64,000 nucleotides of DNA, from assembly GCA_964019335.1 (NCBI GenBank), contig OZ025696.1, positions 372,001 through 436,000 on the forward strand. Reading direction: 5' to 3'. The notes under the pieces were generated by a model. That model saw nothing but the letters and a program-made list of their open reading frames with translations. It made no database searches and was not told where the DNA came from. This document shows, piece after piece, positions 50,444 through 60,900 of this stretch; position 1 is the first letter of the stretch, and each line of letters starts with the position of its first letter. The position numbers and the translations under genes are program-made. The DNA comes from Diplonema japonicum. Taxonomy: Eukaryota > Protista > Euglenozoa: Diplonemea.

Positions 50444-53400
50444 CTACACGTGCCTGTCACCATTCTGCGGTTGCATCCTGGTGCCGGCCGTCGGGGTTTG
50501 CCTGTCCGTCATGGACGGCATCTGCGCTAAGAACATCGGTCGCAGTCCCTCCAAATAGGGGGCTGTTTGGGTTGACGAGAACAGGGGTCTCTTGTCGTAG
50601 CCATGCATCGCTGGTGCGCCCAGGTTTCTCAGGGAGTGTACTCTGGTCATCCTTCTTGCCGGGAAGCCGCTTTTGTTGCCCTTTGCCGCACATGCTTGCA
50701 CTCTATTGAGGATGTACCGCAGACGTGCGGCTTTTCTCTCCAACAGACTGCTCTCCCCATGTTCCCCGTATAAGGATATACCGGTCGTCATCTCAAAATC
50801 AATTGCCAGCTCCATCGTGGTGATTGACGTCTTTTTCGATCCTAGGTACCACCTCAGACCTTGCAGCCAGGGTAGCACATGTTTCAACTGCTTTTTCAGT
50901 ATCTCACCCGTTGCTCCGTGCGCAACAAGCATCTCCTCCGTCGGTACCTGGCATCTTGTTCCGGTCGTCGTCTCTTTCCAAGGATATGGTCTTATAACAT
51001 GCACCGTCCTCTCCGCTGCTCTACTGTCACGCAACGCCACCACTCGCACCAGGTAGCTCTGCACCAGTCGCGCTTGTTTCTGCACTTCCGCTCCCGTTCC
51101 TCTCACCACTACACCGTGTAGCGCCGTTGCTTTCGGCAGCCCTTCTCTTTTGACCTCCGCGTACACACTTTCCTGCTGCGCTTGTCTCGCAGGGGCACAC
51201 TCCCACAGCGCGTGCTCTGTGATCTGCTCCGTCGTCTCCGCCTGGTGGTCGCAGACATCACATGTGAGCTTGTCTGCCACATCAAGCTTCTTGCTCCATA
51301 CTTTTGGGTGTACCGTGAAGATCGCTCCACAGATGACCCTCCTCGTTCTGAAAGCACTTAGCGGGTGTCTGGCCAGTGTTTTTCTCCACATGCTGTTCGT
51401 AAGAGGATGTGCCCCCTTCTCTGCGTCCTCAAACGTTGGCCGACAGCTTACGAGTTGTTTCATGATAGCAGGTCTCAGCACCTCCCTCACCTGGTGCTTC
51501 CTCTCGTGCGCCGACTTCTCGTACAGGCCCTCCATGAACTGCCACTTCTTCTCTACTAGCGGTAGCCACCTGCGTACGGCCGTTCCCACTGGCCCCACTG
51601 CTGGTAGCTCCGTATCTTCATATATCTGAGCTATCTTCTTGATTCGGCTCCATAGCTCCTCCGACCCTCTCCCCTCTCTCGCGATGCAGTTGATCGCGGT
51701 GTAGCAAACTTTCGCTTCAGGTAGGGCTGTGTGGCCAGGTAGCGCTACGCTGAGTAGGGCAATCGGGTTCCTCATCGTAAAGTGCGGGCCCCACAAGGCC
51801 TTCGCTGCCGCCGTCCTAAGTCTTTTCAGCAGGTCTTCAGACGGCTCAGCGTACGTCGCTCCGTATAGGCATGCTGGCAGCACCGTGCCGAGTAACATTT
51901 CCGTCTTGTTATGAAACGTGAGTGGTAGCGCGCCGAGTCGCGCAAGTTCGTCTTCCGCCGATTTTGTCTTCGTGAGTCGGTGTTTCCCGTCTGTGCATAG
52001 CATTACACCCAACGACTTCACCTCTTGTTTGACCTTGAAGGACATGTCAGAGCATTCTAACTTCTCCTCTAGTTCATCCGTTTTTGTGGTGAACGCATGT
52101 GATTTGTCCATATTTAGTAGCATGCCCGTTGCGTTACAGAACTCCACCGTTTTTTCTGCTGCAGCTTTGAGGGCCTTCCTGAGAATTGCGAGCAAGTAGG
52201 CATCATCGGCGTATGATAAGGACCATGCCCCCGGCACTTCAACTGTCACACACCTCACCATCACCGACACCATCGCGTTCACCATGATGACGGATATCGG
52301 GCAGCCTTGTAGAATCCCGTTCGTCACACGGAACTCGCGCCCTACACCGATTGGGAACCGGAAACGTCGTTTCATGCGCGCGTACATCCCTCGTAGCGGC
52401 CTCAAGATTCGGCCGTGCATTCCTAGGTCTTCCATCAACCCAAACGCCACCTCCTGCGGGATGCGATCAAAGCACTTGACAAAGTCTAGCGCTAAACCAT
52501 TCAGCGGTATTTGATGTAGCAGCGCCTCCTCCAGTTGCGTGCTGAGCTCCATTAGCAAGCTGTCGGTTCCTCTTTTCGGCCTGAAGCCATGCTGCGTTGG
52601 GTGTATCCATCCTTCCTGCCACGGAATGATGTTCTGTAGCCTGGCACATGCCCACAGCCTGTAGACCGCGCTTGTCACTGTTATCGGTCTGTGGTTCAGC
52701 GGCGTCTTCTCTCCGCCTTTCGGCACTAAGGTGACAAGAGCTGTGAGCAGAGCCTCTGGCCATCTGCCACTTACCTCAATCACATTGAACATCTTTGCCC
52801 ACGCATCAAGCAGCACTTGTGGCATGGCTCGTAGCTCCGCCATTCTCCATCCATCGACACCTGGAGAGGTCTTCTTTGTTTTCTTCATCAGCACCTCTCG
52901 CAAGTCGCTCCCCGTCAGCGGGAGCAAGGCCATCTCGTTCTTCTCGATGTATGCACCGTATCGTTCTTTGAAGTCTTGGTACTTCGGCTCTCCGCCCTCT
53001 TCGTACAGGCAGAAGATCCTGTCCCATTCCTCGTGCATCATCCCATCCATCTCTCTGAGGTCCGCCGTCATCGCCCCCTCGCTGTTCGCCACGGCTTGTG
53101 CTCCTGCCGTTTGGGAGTTCCTCACAAAGGCCGTCATCCTCCGTCTTTCCTCGCGGAAGTGTGTGTTCAAACGCTCTTCATACTTTGCTTCTCTCCGCAT
53201 TCTCGCTCTCTTGTCAAGCTCCCGCACCCTTTGTGCTAGGGCTTCGTCCAGCCGTTGTACTTCAATCTGTGCCTCGTCCAGGTCCCCTTTCAGCAGGTCC
53301 CTTTCTGTCTCCAAGTTCCAATCTAGCTTCCGGACGCCTTCACACACGTTTTTCCACGTGTTCATGGTTGCGTTCGCCAGAGCTCCAATCGACCCGTTTC

Positions 53401-54526
53401 TCAACACTGTCGTCAGCTCCTTGTCAAGGTGTCGTGTTTTCCTCATGATTGCACTAGCAGCTTTTTGCTTCCCCACCACCGCTCCTATCGCCCCTCTGGC
53501 GGACTTCGCTGTGATGCATCTCTCCACGGGCTTGTTCACTGCCGCTCTCCCTCTATATGGCCGTTGTTGTTCCACTCCCGTAACACCATATCGCTCGGTC
53601 AGGTCAGCTAGCTTTGTGTAGAGCTTGTCCGTGTCACCCTCTTGACAAAGCTCGTCATATCCCGCCTCTTGGAGTAGTCGTTCCGCAAGTTCGTCGTCAC
53701 GTTTCATCGGCAGCTCTTTTGGTACGAAGTACCTGAAGGTGCGCTGTTTGATCCCCGGTATACATATTTTGACTGACAGGCACCTATGCTCGTTTGTATG
53801 CACCGTGTCGTGGACCCATGTTCGTTGCAACCCGGCAGCAGCTATCGGGTTGAGTAGGGCGTAGTCAATCCTCGTTCGTGTGTTCGTTGCTTGCCTGACG
53901 AATGTGTGCTCAGGCCCCTTGTCCTCATCCAGTGCCTGCAGTGCCGCTGCGTCGACCCAGTCGTTGGCGACAGCTTGTTGTAGAACTGGTGAGTCCTGCA
54001 CCTCAGTGTTCATGTCTCCCAGAACCATAATGGGCACCTCTCCCAGCAGGCTTCGCATCTCGTTCAGAATCTTGTCCAGCAACCGTTCTCTCTTCGTCTT
54101 GTTCTGGTGCCCAGAGTGGCAGTAGACCACGAACAAGTGTAGCCATGTGTCTCGTCCGTCGAGATTGACCATTGCATGTAACCACCTGCCGTCCTCTTTC
54201 GCCGATGCAGCTTTCTGCAGTATGGTTGGTCTGTTCTTCTGTACCATCAGACCCACACCTCCGCGCTGCGCTTTATTCGGGCTCTCTTGTCCGTCTACCA
54301 CGATTCCCGGTCGTGGTTCACCCCACAGCGGGCTGAATCTCCCGTCCTGCTCGACATGCCTCGTCATCATCTCCTGTCCTACGCTCGTGAGCTTCACCTC
54401 TTGCAAGCACGTGATGTCGCTCCCCATCGCCAGTACTCCTTCGATCTTATTTGCTAAGGATCCCACATTGAGTGAAGTTATTGTAAGTGAATCATGTGGG
54501 ATCCCACACTCCGCTCCTCCGCTCAT
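50444..54526 (-). CDS. LINE-B ORF2: APE endonuclease, reverse transcriptase, CCHC finger, C-terminal domain (1360 aa, uninterrupted)
   Basis: SLNVG, CLQE, GDMN, RIDY, NEH; HRPITV, DFVKCFD, QGCPIS, YADD; CDVC..EHALWEC. Confidence 0.95.
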   Translation of the reverse strand: MSGGAECGIPHDSLTITSLNVGSLANKIEGVLAMGSDITCLQEVKLTSVGQEMMTRHVEQDGRFSPLWGEPRPGIVVDGQESPNKAQRGGVGLMVQKNRPTILQKAASAKEDGRWLHAMVNLDGRDTWLHLFVVYCHSGHQNKTKRERLLDKILNEMRSLLGEVPIMVLGDMNTEVQDSPVLQQAVANDWVDAAALQALDEDKGPEHTFVRQATNTRTRIDYALLNPIAAAGLQRTWVHDTVHTNEHRCLSVKICIPGIKQRTFRYFVPKELPMKRDDELAERLLQEAGYDELCQEGDTDKLYTKLADLTERYGVTGVEQQRPYRGRAAVNKPVERCITAKSARGAIGAVVGKQKAASAIMRKTRHLDKELTTVLRNGSIGALANATMNTWKNVCEGVRKLDWNLETERDLLKGDLDEAQIEVQRLDEALAQRVRELDKRARMRREAKYEERLNTHFREERRRMTAFVRNSQTAGAQAVANSEGAMTADLREMDGMMHEEWDRIFCLYEEGGEPKYQDFKERYGAYIEKNEMALLPLTGSDLREVLMKKTKKTSPGVDGWRMAELRAMPQVLLDAWAKMFNVIEVSGRWPEALLTALVTLVPKGGEKTPLNHRPITVTSAVYRLWACARLQNIIPWQEGWIHPTQHGFRPKRGTDSLLMELSTQLEEALLHQIPLNGLALDFVKCFDRIPQEVAFGLMEDLGMHGRILRPLRGMYARMKRRFRFPIGVGREFRVTNGILQGCPISVIMVNAMVSVMVRCVTVEVPGAWSLSYADDAYLLAILRKALKAAAEKTVEFCNATGMLLNMDKSHAFTTKTDELEEKLECSDMSFKVKQEVKSLGVMLCTDGKHRLTKTKSAEDELARLGALPLTFHNKTEMLLGTVLPACLYGATYAEPSEDLLKRLRTAAAKALWGPHFTMRNPIALLSVALPGHTALPEAKVCYTAINCIAREGRGSEELWSRIKKIAQIYEDTELPAVGPVGTAVRRWLPLVEKKWQFMEGLYEKSAHERKHQVREVLRPAIMKQLVSCRPTFEDAEKGAHPLTNSMWRKTLARHPLSAFRTRRVICGAIFTVHPKVWSKKLDVADKLTCDVCDHQAETTEQITEHALWECAPARQAQQESVYAEVKREGLPKATALHGVVVRGTGAEVQKQARLVQSYLVRVVALRDSRAAERTVHVIRPYPWKETTTGTRCQVPTEEMLVAHGATGEILKKQLKHVLPWLQGLRWYLGSKKTSITTMELAIDFEMTTGISLYGEHGESSLLERKAARLRYILNRVQACAAKGNKSGFPARRMTRVHSLRNLGAPAMHGYDKRPLFSSTQTAPYLEGLRPMFLAQMPSMTDRQTPTAGTRMQPQNGDRHV

Positions 54527-54550
54527 TGCTGCTTCATAGTCAGCCCTCGT

Positions 54551-56951
54551 TCAATGTCTCGGTGTCGAGGCTCCTTGGTGTAGCGATATCGGGGCCGGTC
54601 CGCCTGTGATCTGTAATGGGACAATCTCTGCTGTTCCAGGGGTGCGTCTTTTCGGTGTGTCTGTGTGGATCTCCCCACCTTCCCTATCCGCATAAGACGC
54701 AGTTCTCTTTGTCGTCCGTAGGGATCGCACATCCTCCTGCAGGCTGTTCATCGTCATCGTGACCTTCTCGATGAAGCTGCTGATCTTCCCCAGCTGCCCC
54801 GTCACGCCTTCCATCTTCTCGTGAAGCGTGCCTACCTCCCTGCTGAGCGTCGCCATCCTGTTGTCGACACTCACGATCGACTGCATCATGCTGGCTGTTT
54901 TCCGTTCCAGCTCCACAATCCGCGTCTCCGACTCCCGCCGTTCCACAGCGTACTCTTCTTCCTTCTTCTTCCGCCACAGCTCAAATTCGTCGGCCGTCAT
55001 GCCACCGTGTCCTCTTGTCGGCAGCTGAGGTTGTGCTGGGGGTCGCGGGGCTGGTGCCAGCGGCTTCTCGGTTGGTGTTGTCATCTCAATGTCAATCTGC
55101 TCCGGTGTGGGTGCCACCTCAGTCTGCTGTTTCTTCGTCGCAGGGGCTTTGGCGGCATCATTCGCAACTCCTGTAGTCGTCGCCTGCTTCTTGTCTGTGG
55201 CCTCCGGCTCTTGCTTCCTCGGGCCCGCCCACTTCACGTTGTCAGGAAGTGTGTTTCTTCCTTCTCTCGTCTTCTTCTTTGCCTTCACGATTGGTGTGTG
55301 AGGGCGTATCGTCCATAGCATCCGTCTGATGTTGAGGGCCAGGTCGGGGGGTGGTCCATCTGCTGACACCGCCCAGGACCTTCTTCTGCCGTAGGTGATC
55401 AGTCCTCTAACCGCCTTGACCCTCCACCCCCAGGCCTCTAGCCTCCCTTCCAGTTCGATCCCGTTGATGTCGACGGGCACTCCCTCCACTTGGTAAAGCG
55501 AGCCTCTCTCTGCAGCCGCCTCCACACGCATCGAAGCGTACCTGTCTTCGATCACCCTTTGGATGTCACGTAAGGCATCCCGTGGGGCACGAATGCCGTA
55601 CGTGATTATCTCCCCCCGGAGTTTGTACGTCGCACCCAGGCCTCCGACCTCAACTGCCAGCTGTTGCACCTTCTTGAGGGGGGGTTCCTTCGAGCCAGAG
55701 TACGGGCAGTAGGTCTGTGGCCTCGTATCTCTGCCTGACCATCACGTCTTCCTCCCCGCTTTTGGTCAGCAGGGGCGCCGCATCGGCCCTCCTCACCGTT
55801 ATCGGGACCTGCACCATCCCGTGGCTCTTCGAGCCTCTGCCGAGCACGAATCTCCCCTTGAGGCGGCGCTTCACCCATGCTTCCATGGCGAGTCTGGCCT
55901 TACCTTCCGGGTCCTTCGTCGTCTTCACCAAGTATAGCTCCGAGCTGTACTGCGCCGCCGTGTCCTCGTCACCTTCTTTGTCGGCGGCCTCCACTTCTAT
56001 CTGCTCCGCAGCCGCGTCCGTCTTTGATGTCCGAAACATCCGCCTCGCTGCGACACCTTTGCCTTCCTGCACCGATAGCAGCACCTCCATGTTCGTCCCT
56101 TTGTAGAAGGGGAGCCGCGACCACGACACCATCGTCGGCCTGTCATCTGCCTCCTTCAGCCAGCTCGCCGCCGCCGTTTCCTCACCATGTGGTACTTGGT
56201 AGACCGCCCTGGTAACAGGCGTTTCCATTCCCTCCCATGGCAGGACACGCATCGTCCATCCGTCCTCCATCAGCTCGCCTTCAGTTGTCTTCTTGCGGCT
56301 GTCTCCCTTCCAAGGGCTTCGCATTGGCACGGGGAATAGTCTTGGAGGGTCGTACGGTGTCGCCTCCGGCTCCTCGTCCTCGTCATCTCCCTCGAAGCAC
56401 ACAAAGTGTCCCTCTGCGTATCCCAAGCATATCCTCCCAGCACTGGGGTCTGCGTGTACTGCTGCCGGCCTCGTGGTTGACACCGCCAGCTTCCCGTCTC
56501 GCTCGGTGTACACCAGGAAGGTCCTTCCGGTGACCCTCGCCATCATGGCAATCATCAGAGCATCACCCCATGCCCCGCGCCTTGCGGCCGCCGTCTTGTA
56601 CTCCTGCCACATAGCAGGTTTTTCCTCCTCACTGCCCAGCATCAGGTTCGACAGGTCCTCCCTGTCCAGCTCCGCCACTGCTGCCGCTCTCAGCCCTCCT
56701 GCGGCATCCTTCCCCTCCCTGCCATGTATGCACATGGCCGTCGCTTCGTACAGGCACTCCCCTTCCGCTCCCGCTGGGCTCAGCGTCTTCAAGCCCACCA
56801 GCTTGGCAAGACGCCTTACCGCTTCCTTCACTACTGCTCCTCCTGGCCCGGTGGGTTTGCTGCCAGTCTTAGAGGACTTGACACCCAGGGGCTGCCGCGT
56901 GGAGGCCCCACCGTTACCAGAATTGGCACTTCCTTTGTTTGTCTTGTTCAT
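54551..56951 (-). CDS. LINE-B ORF1: OTU-like protease, ORF1 core, coiled coil (~800 aa; +1 frameshift at C7 run 55678-55684)
   Basis: EGECLYEA..LR..W.EY..GAWGD..I..A..FLVY..ICLGYAEGHF. Removing one C joins LWLEGTP to LKKVQQLAVEVGG. Confidence 0.8.
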
Positions 56952-57934
56952 TTGTTTATGATTACTCTAACCCCCTGTTTTTTTGAAAAAAAAAGGGGGG
57001 GGGGAATGGGGGTTCTGTTTATCCCTTTTTTTTTTCTTCTTCAAGAGAATCCCAGTTTTGCTTATACAAGTAATAGCACACATAAGTCCTATTACTTTAT
57101 TTTTGCATCATGCGTCATTCGGTTTTTTGATGAAAAATAACTCATTCAAAACAGCAAAAAAAAAAAACTAGTTTGGCGCTTTATTTGTTTGTGCGCACGA
57201 GCGGGATTTTACCTTATAAAATAGCTCATTATGCTGCCATCAACTAGTTTTTAGTCCAGACAAATAAAACAAAAAAACAAAAACAAAAAAAAGGAGGCAG
57301 ACAATATTGGTGCTCATCTCAAAAAAAAAAAAAAAAAAAAAAAGAGAGAGACGAGCTCATATATATATATTATTTTGCAGGACCTTGGATCCAGCGCAAA
57401 TAAGTATTCTTGGTTTTCCTTTTTTTCCCCCCTTCTTTTTTTTTAAGTGGTCGGTTCAGGTTCCATGCAAAAATAGAGTAAAGAGTACAACAAAACAAAA
57501 AAGAACACATCAATACTGGGAGCACCTTTCAATTCATAAAAAGAAAAGAGGATAAAGATTTTTTAAAAAAAAAGGGGGGGGGACCAGAGAAATGGAGTCT
57601 AAAAGGTTTAGCTTGCTACCTACTCTTGTTAGAAATTTGAAACACATAAAATAAAGAACTTAAAGTTTAGGTTTTTCAAAAATGCAGTTGTGACTCTGGT
57701 TCACGTATCTGTTAATCTACCCTAGACATGTGGGAGGAAATATAAGTATTAAACTACAAGTCGAATTGGCTCCAATCTTTATTTTGGGCATGTCTTGGTG
57801 AGGATATGTAAGTAAAAAAAAGAATAACCATAAGAAGAGAGAGGGGTAAATTGTAAATAAAAGAAAAAGAAATAAGAAACATGATACGGAAGCGAACTCA
57901 CTGCATTTAAGAGAAAAGGTGGCTTGTTTCAAAG

Positions 57935-60900
57935 TTAGAGTTTGAACGCCTCCATTTCTCCACTTTGAGCAGAGTACTCTGGTTCCGTGTAAGTCATAAA
58001 GTCACCAATGCTAGGCCCACCGCTACGTCTTTTGACTGCCACCGCTGCTGCTATCCCGCAGATGGCAAGGAGCCCGCCCAGGATGCCGAGGATGACAGGG
58101 AGCCAGTTGAAGGAGTCGTCGTCCCCGCACTTCTCGACAGGCCTCCCCGTCGCTGGTTCCTTGCTGCCCTTCTTGCAGGTGCACGTGTAGTCCTTCACAG
58201 AGTCGAAGGTCTTCATCGGGTCCTCGCACTCCTGCTCCTCCCCACACGGCCCTGACGAAGACGAACCCGACGACGGTGCCTCCAACCCGTCCTTCCGCAC
58301 GAAGCACTCGTCGTACCCGCACGACCCCACAGGCCCGTTCTCCCTCGACCCTGTCCCCCACCCGCAGCTGCAGCGGAAGCCCTTCTCAGTAGCCGTGCAC
58401 TCTTCTCCCGCCTTGCAGGGGTCCGCCTCGCACCCGGGAGCCTCCGCCCCGACCTTGCAGTCCGTCACAGCCTCCCCGGTTGCCTTCGACGTCCCCTCCT
58501 TGCACGAGCACACGAAGTCCCCGGTGCTCCCCGCAGTCTGCACAGGGTCCGTGCACACCTGGTCCGCCCCACAGGGACTGCTGCTGCACTCGTCGACAGG
58601 GCCAGCCTCGCACACCGCCACCATCCCAACAGCCGTCGTTCCCTTGCAGCTGCACTCGAAGTTCTTCTTTGGTGTCACTCGCTTGTCGTCGTCTGTGCAA
58701 GTCTGCTTGTCCCCGCATGGGGAATCCTCACACTCATCCCTCTCGCACACCCCCACCTTGCCGCCGACACGCTTCCTGTCTGCGTCCGTCTTGCATGTGC
58801 ACACGTAGTCGCCGCGAGAGTCCGCTGCTGTCTCGGGGTCCCTGCAGTTCTGGTCCCCCCCGCACAGGGACAGCCCGGTCTTCTTCGCCTCGGCACACTC
58901 GTCGAATTCGCACTCCGCACGTTCCCCGACAGCCCTCACACTTGCCCCGCGACACATGCACACGAAGTCCCCCGCCTTCTCGCTCGGGTCGTGGCAGTCC
59001 TGGTCCGACCCGCACGGCTTCCTCCCGCACTCCGACCCCACACTCGCGGGGACGGGTGTCCCAGGTGCCCGTGTCTTCGGAACGTCCGTCGAAGGGGCCT
59101 TCGTCTGCCCAGGTGCCAGGGTCGAAGGCCTAGCCGTACTCGGGGCTTCTGTGGCAGGTGACGCTGTCTCACCAGGAACAAGGGTTTTTGGGACTTGCGT
59201 CGCGGGTGCCATGGTGTCAGGGGCTGCCGTCTCACCAGGAACAAGGGTTCTTGGGACCTGTGTCTTGGGTGCCATGGTGTCAGGGGCCGCCGTCTCACCA
59301 GGAACAAGGGTTTTTGGTACTTCTGTCTTTGGCGCTGTCGTGTCAGGGGCTGCCGTCTCACCAGGAACAAGGGTTTTTGGGACCTGTGTCTTGGGTGCCA
59401 TGGTGTCAGGGGCTGCCGTCTCACCAGGAACAAGTGTGGTCGGTGCTTCTGTTCTCGGTGCCGTCGTGTCTGGGGCACTTGTGGTCCCAGGTGTCCGAGT
59501 CACAGGTGCAGTGGTTTTAGGAGCCATTGTGTTTGGAGCCGCTGTTTCACCAGGAACAATGGTCGATGGAATCACAGTCACTGGCACTATAGTTTTTGGT
59601 GCACCCGTGTCAGGAGCACCGGTTGAAGGAGCAATTGTGCTAGGGGCAGAGGTATCAGGTGCATTAGTCTTCAGTACTTTCGGTGATCTCGTGACTGGAG
59701 CGTCTGTGATAGGAACTGACGCCATCGGTGAATTTGTAGTCGGCGAACTTGTAACAGGAACTCCTGTGGCAGGTGCATTGGTTGATGGTGCCCTTGTGTT
59801 AGGAGCGCTTGTCGCGGGTGAAGACGTGGTACCTGCAGCTTTGTCCTTGCACAGACCAGGGTTCTTGGTGAAAACAGAAGAATCAGGTTCAATGAGGCCA
59901 CCAGAGCCTTGTTCGAAAGGCTTGGTACCAACCCAGTAACCCTGACCCCTCTCACCGTACTGGCACCCGAACTCCCACCACTCACCGTTCCAACCCCAAG
60001 GACCAGGAGAGGGACACTTCACAGCAGCACACCCCATGGCATAGATGTTCGAGGAAGACATCTGTGTGTAGTGAGAAGTGACACCACCATTAGAACTGTC
60101 AGAAGCCCAGTTGTAGTCATCCTTCTCATCCCACCAGCTCTGTCCAAGGTACCCAGGAGTGCCATCACTCATCAATGCCTCACAAGCAGTACCAGCACAG
60201 TAAGCAAGGTTCTCACCAAGGTACTCAAACCCACCGACATCCTTGCGAACAGTGTTCTGGTCAGAGTGGGGCCAGTTCGAGTCACACCTCCCAATGTGTC
60301 CACGGATGGTCGCAGCAATGTTGGTGTCCCACCTGACCTTGTGCATGTCCTTGGCGGGAGGGCTTGTGTTGGAACGCCATTCGTTGTGCTTGTCGAGGAT
60401 GGCCTGCTCCCAAACAGACAGAGGGCAAGATGAACCACCGCCACCACCACCACCGCCAGAAGAAGAAGGTGCCGAGGTAACAGGAGCAGGAGGTGCTGGT
60501 GTTGGGTTTGAGGGAGGGGAGTTTCCATCATTGCACAGACCAGGGTTCTTGGTGAAAACAGAAGAATCAGGTTCAATGAGGCCACCAGAGCCCTGTTCGA
60601 AAGGCTTGGTACCAACCCAGTAACCCTGACCCCTCTCACCGTACTGGCACCCGAACTCCCACCACTCACCATTCCAACCCCAAGGACCAGGAGAGGGACA
60701 CTTCACAGCAGCACACCCCATGGCATAGATGTTCGAGGAAGACATCTGTGTGTAGTGGGAAGTGACACCACCATTAGAACTGTCAGAGGCCCAGTTGTAG
60801 TCATCCTTCTCATCCCACCAGCTCTGTCCAAGGTACCCAGGAGTGCCATCACTCATCAATGCCTCACAAGCAGTACCAGCACAGTAAGCAAGGTTCTCAC

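Larger units (their letters stand above)
50395..56955 (-). mobile_element. LINE-B: near-intact non-LTR retrotransposon with OTU-ORF1 and APE-RT ORF2 (ends approximate)
   Basis: See component ORFs; GC-rich block bounded by AT/homopolymer spacers. Confidence 0.93.

Noticed and set aside
50329-56978. Target-site duplications around LINE-A/LINE-B; 12-bp inverted match acagggggctag / ctaaccccctgt flanking LINE-B
   Set aside because: No direct duplication found; the inverted match is short, low-complexity and not expected for a LINE.
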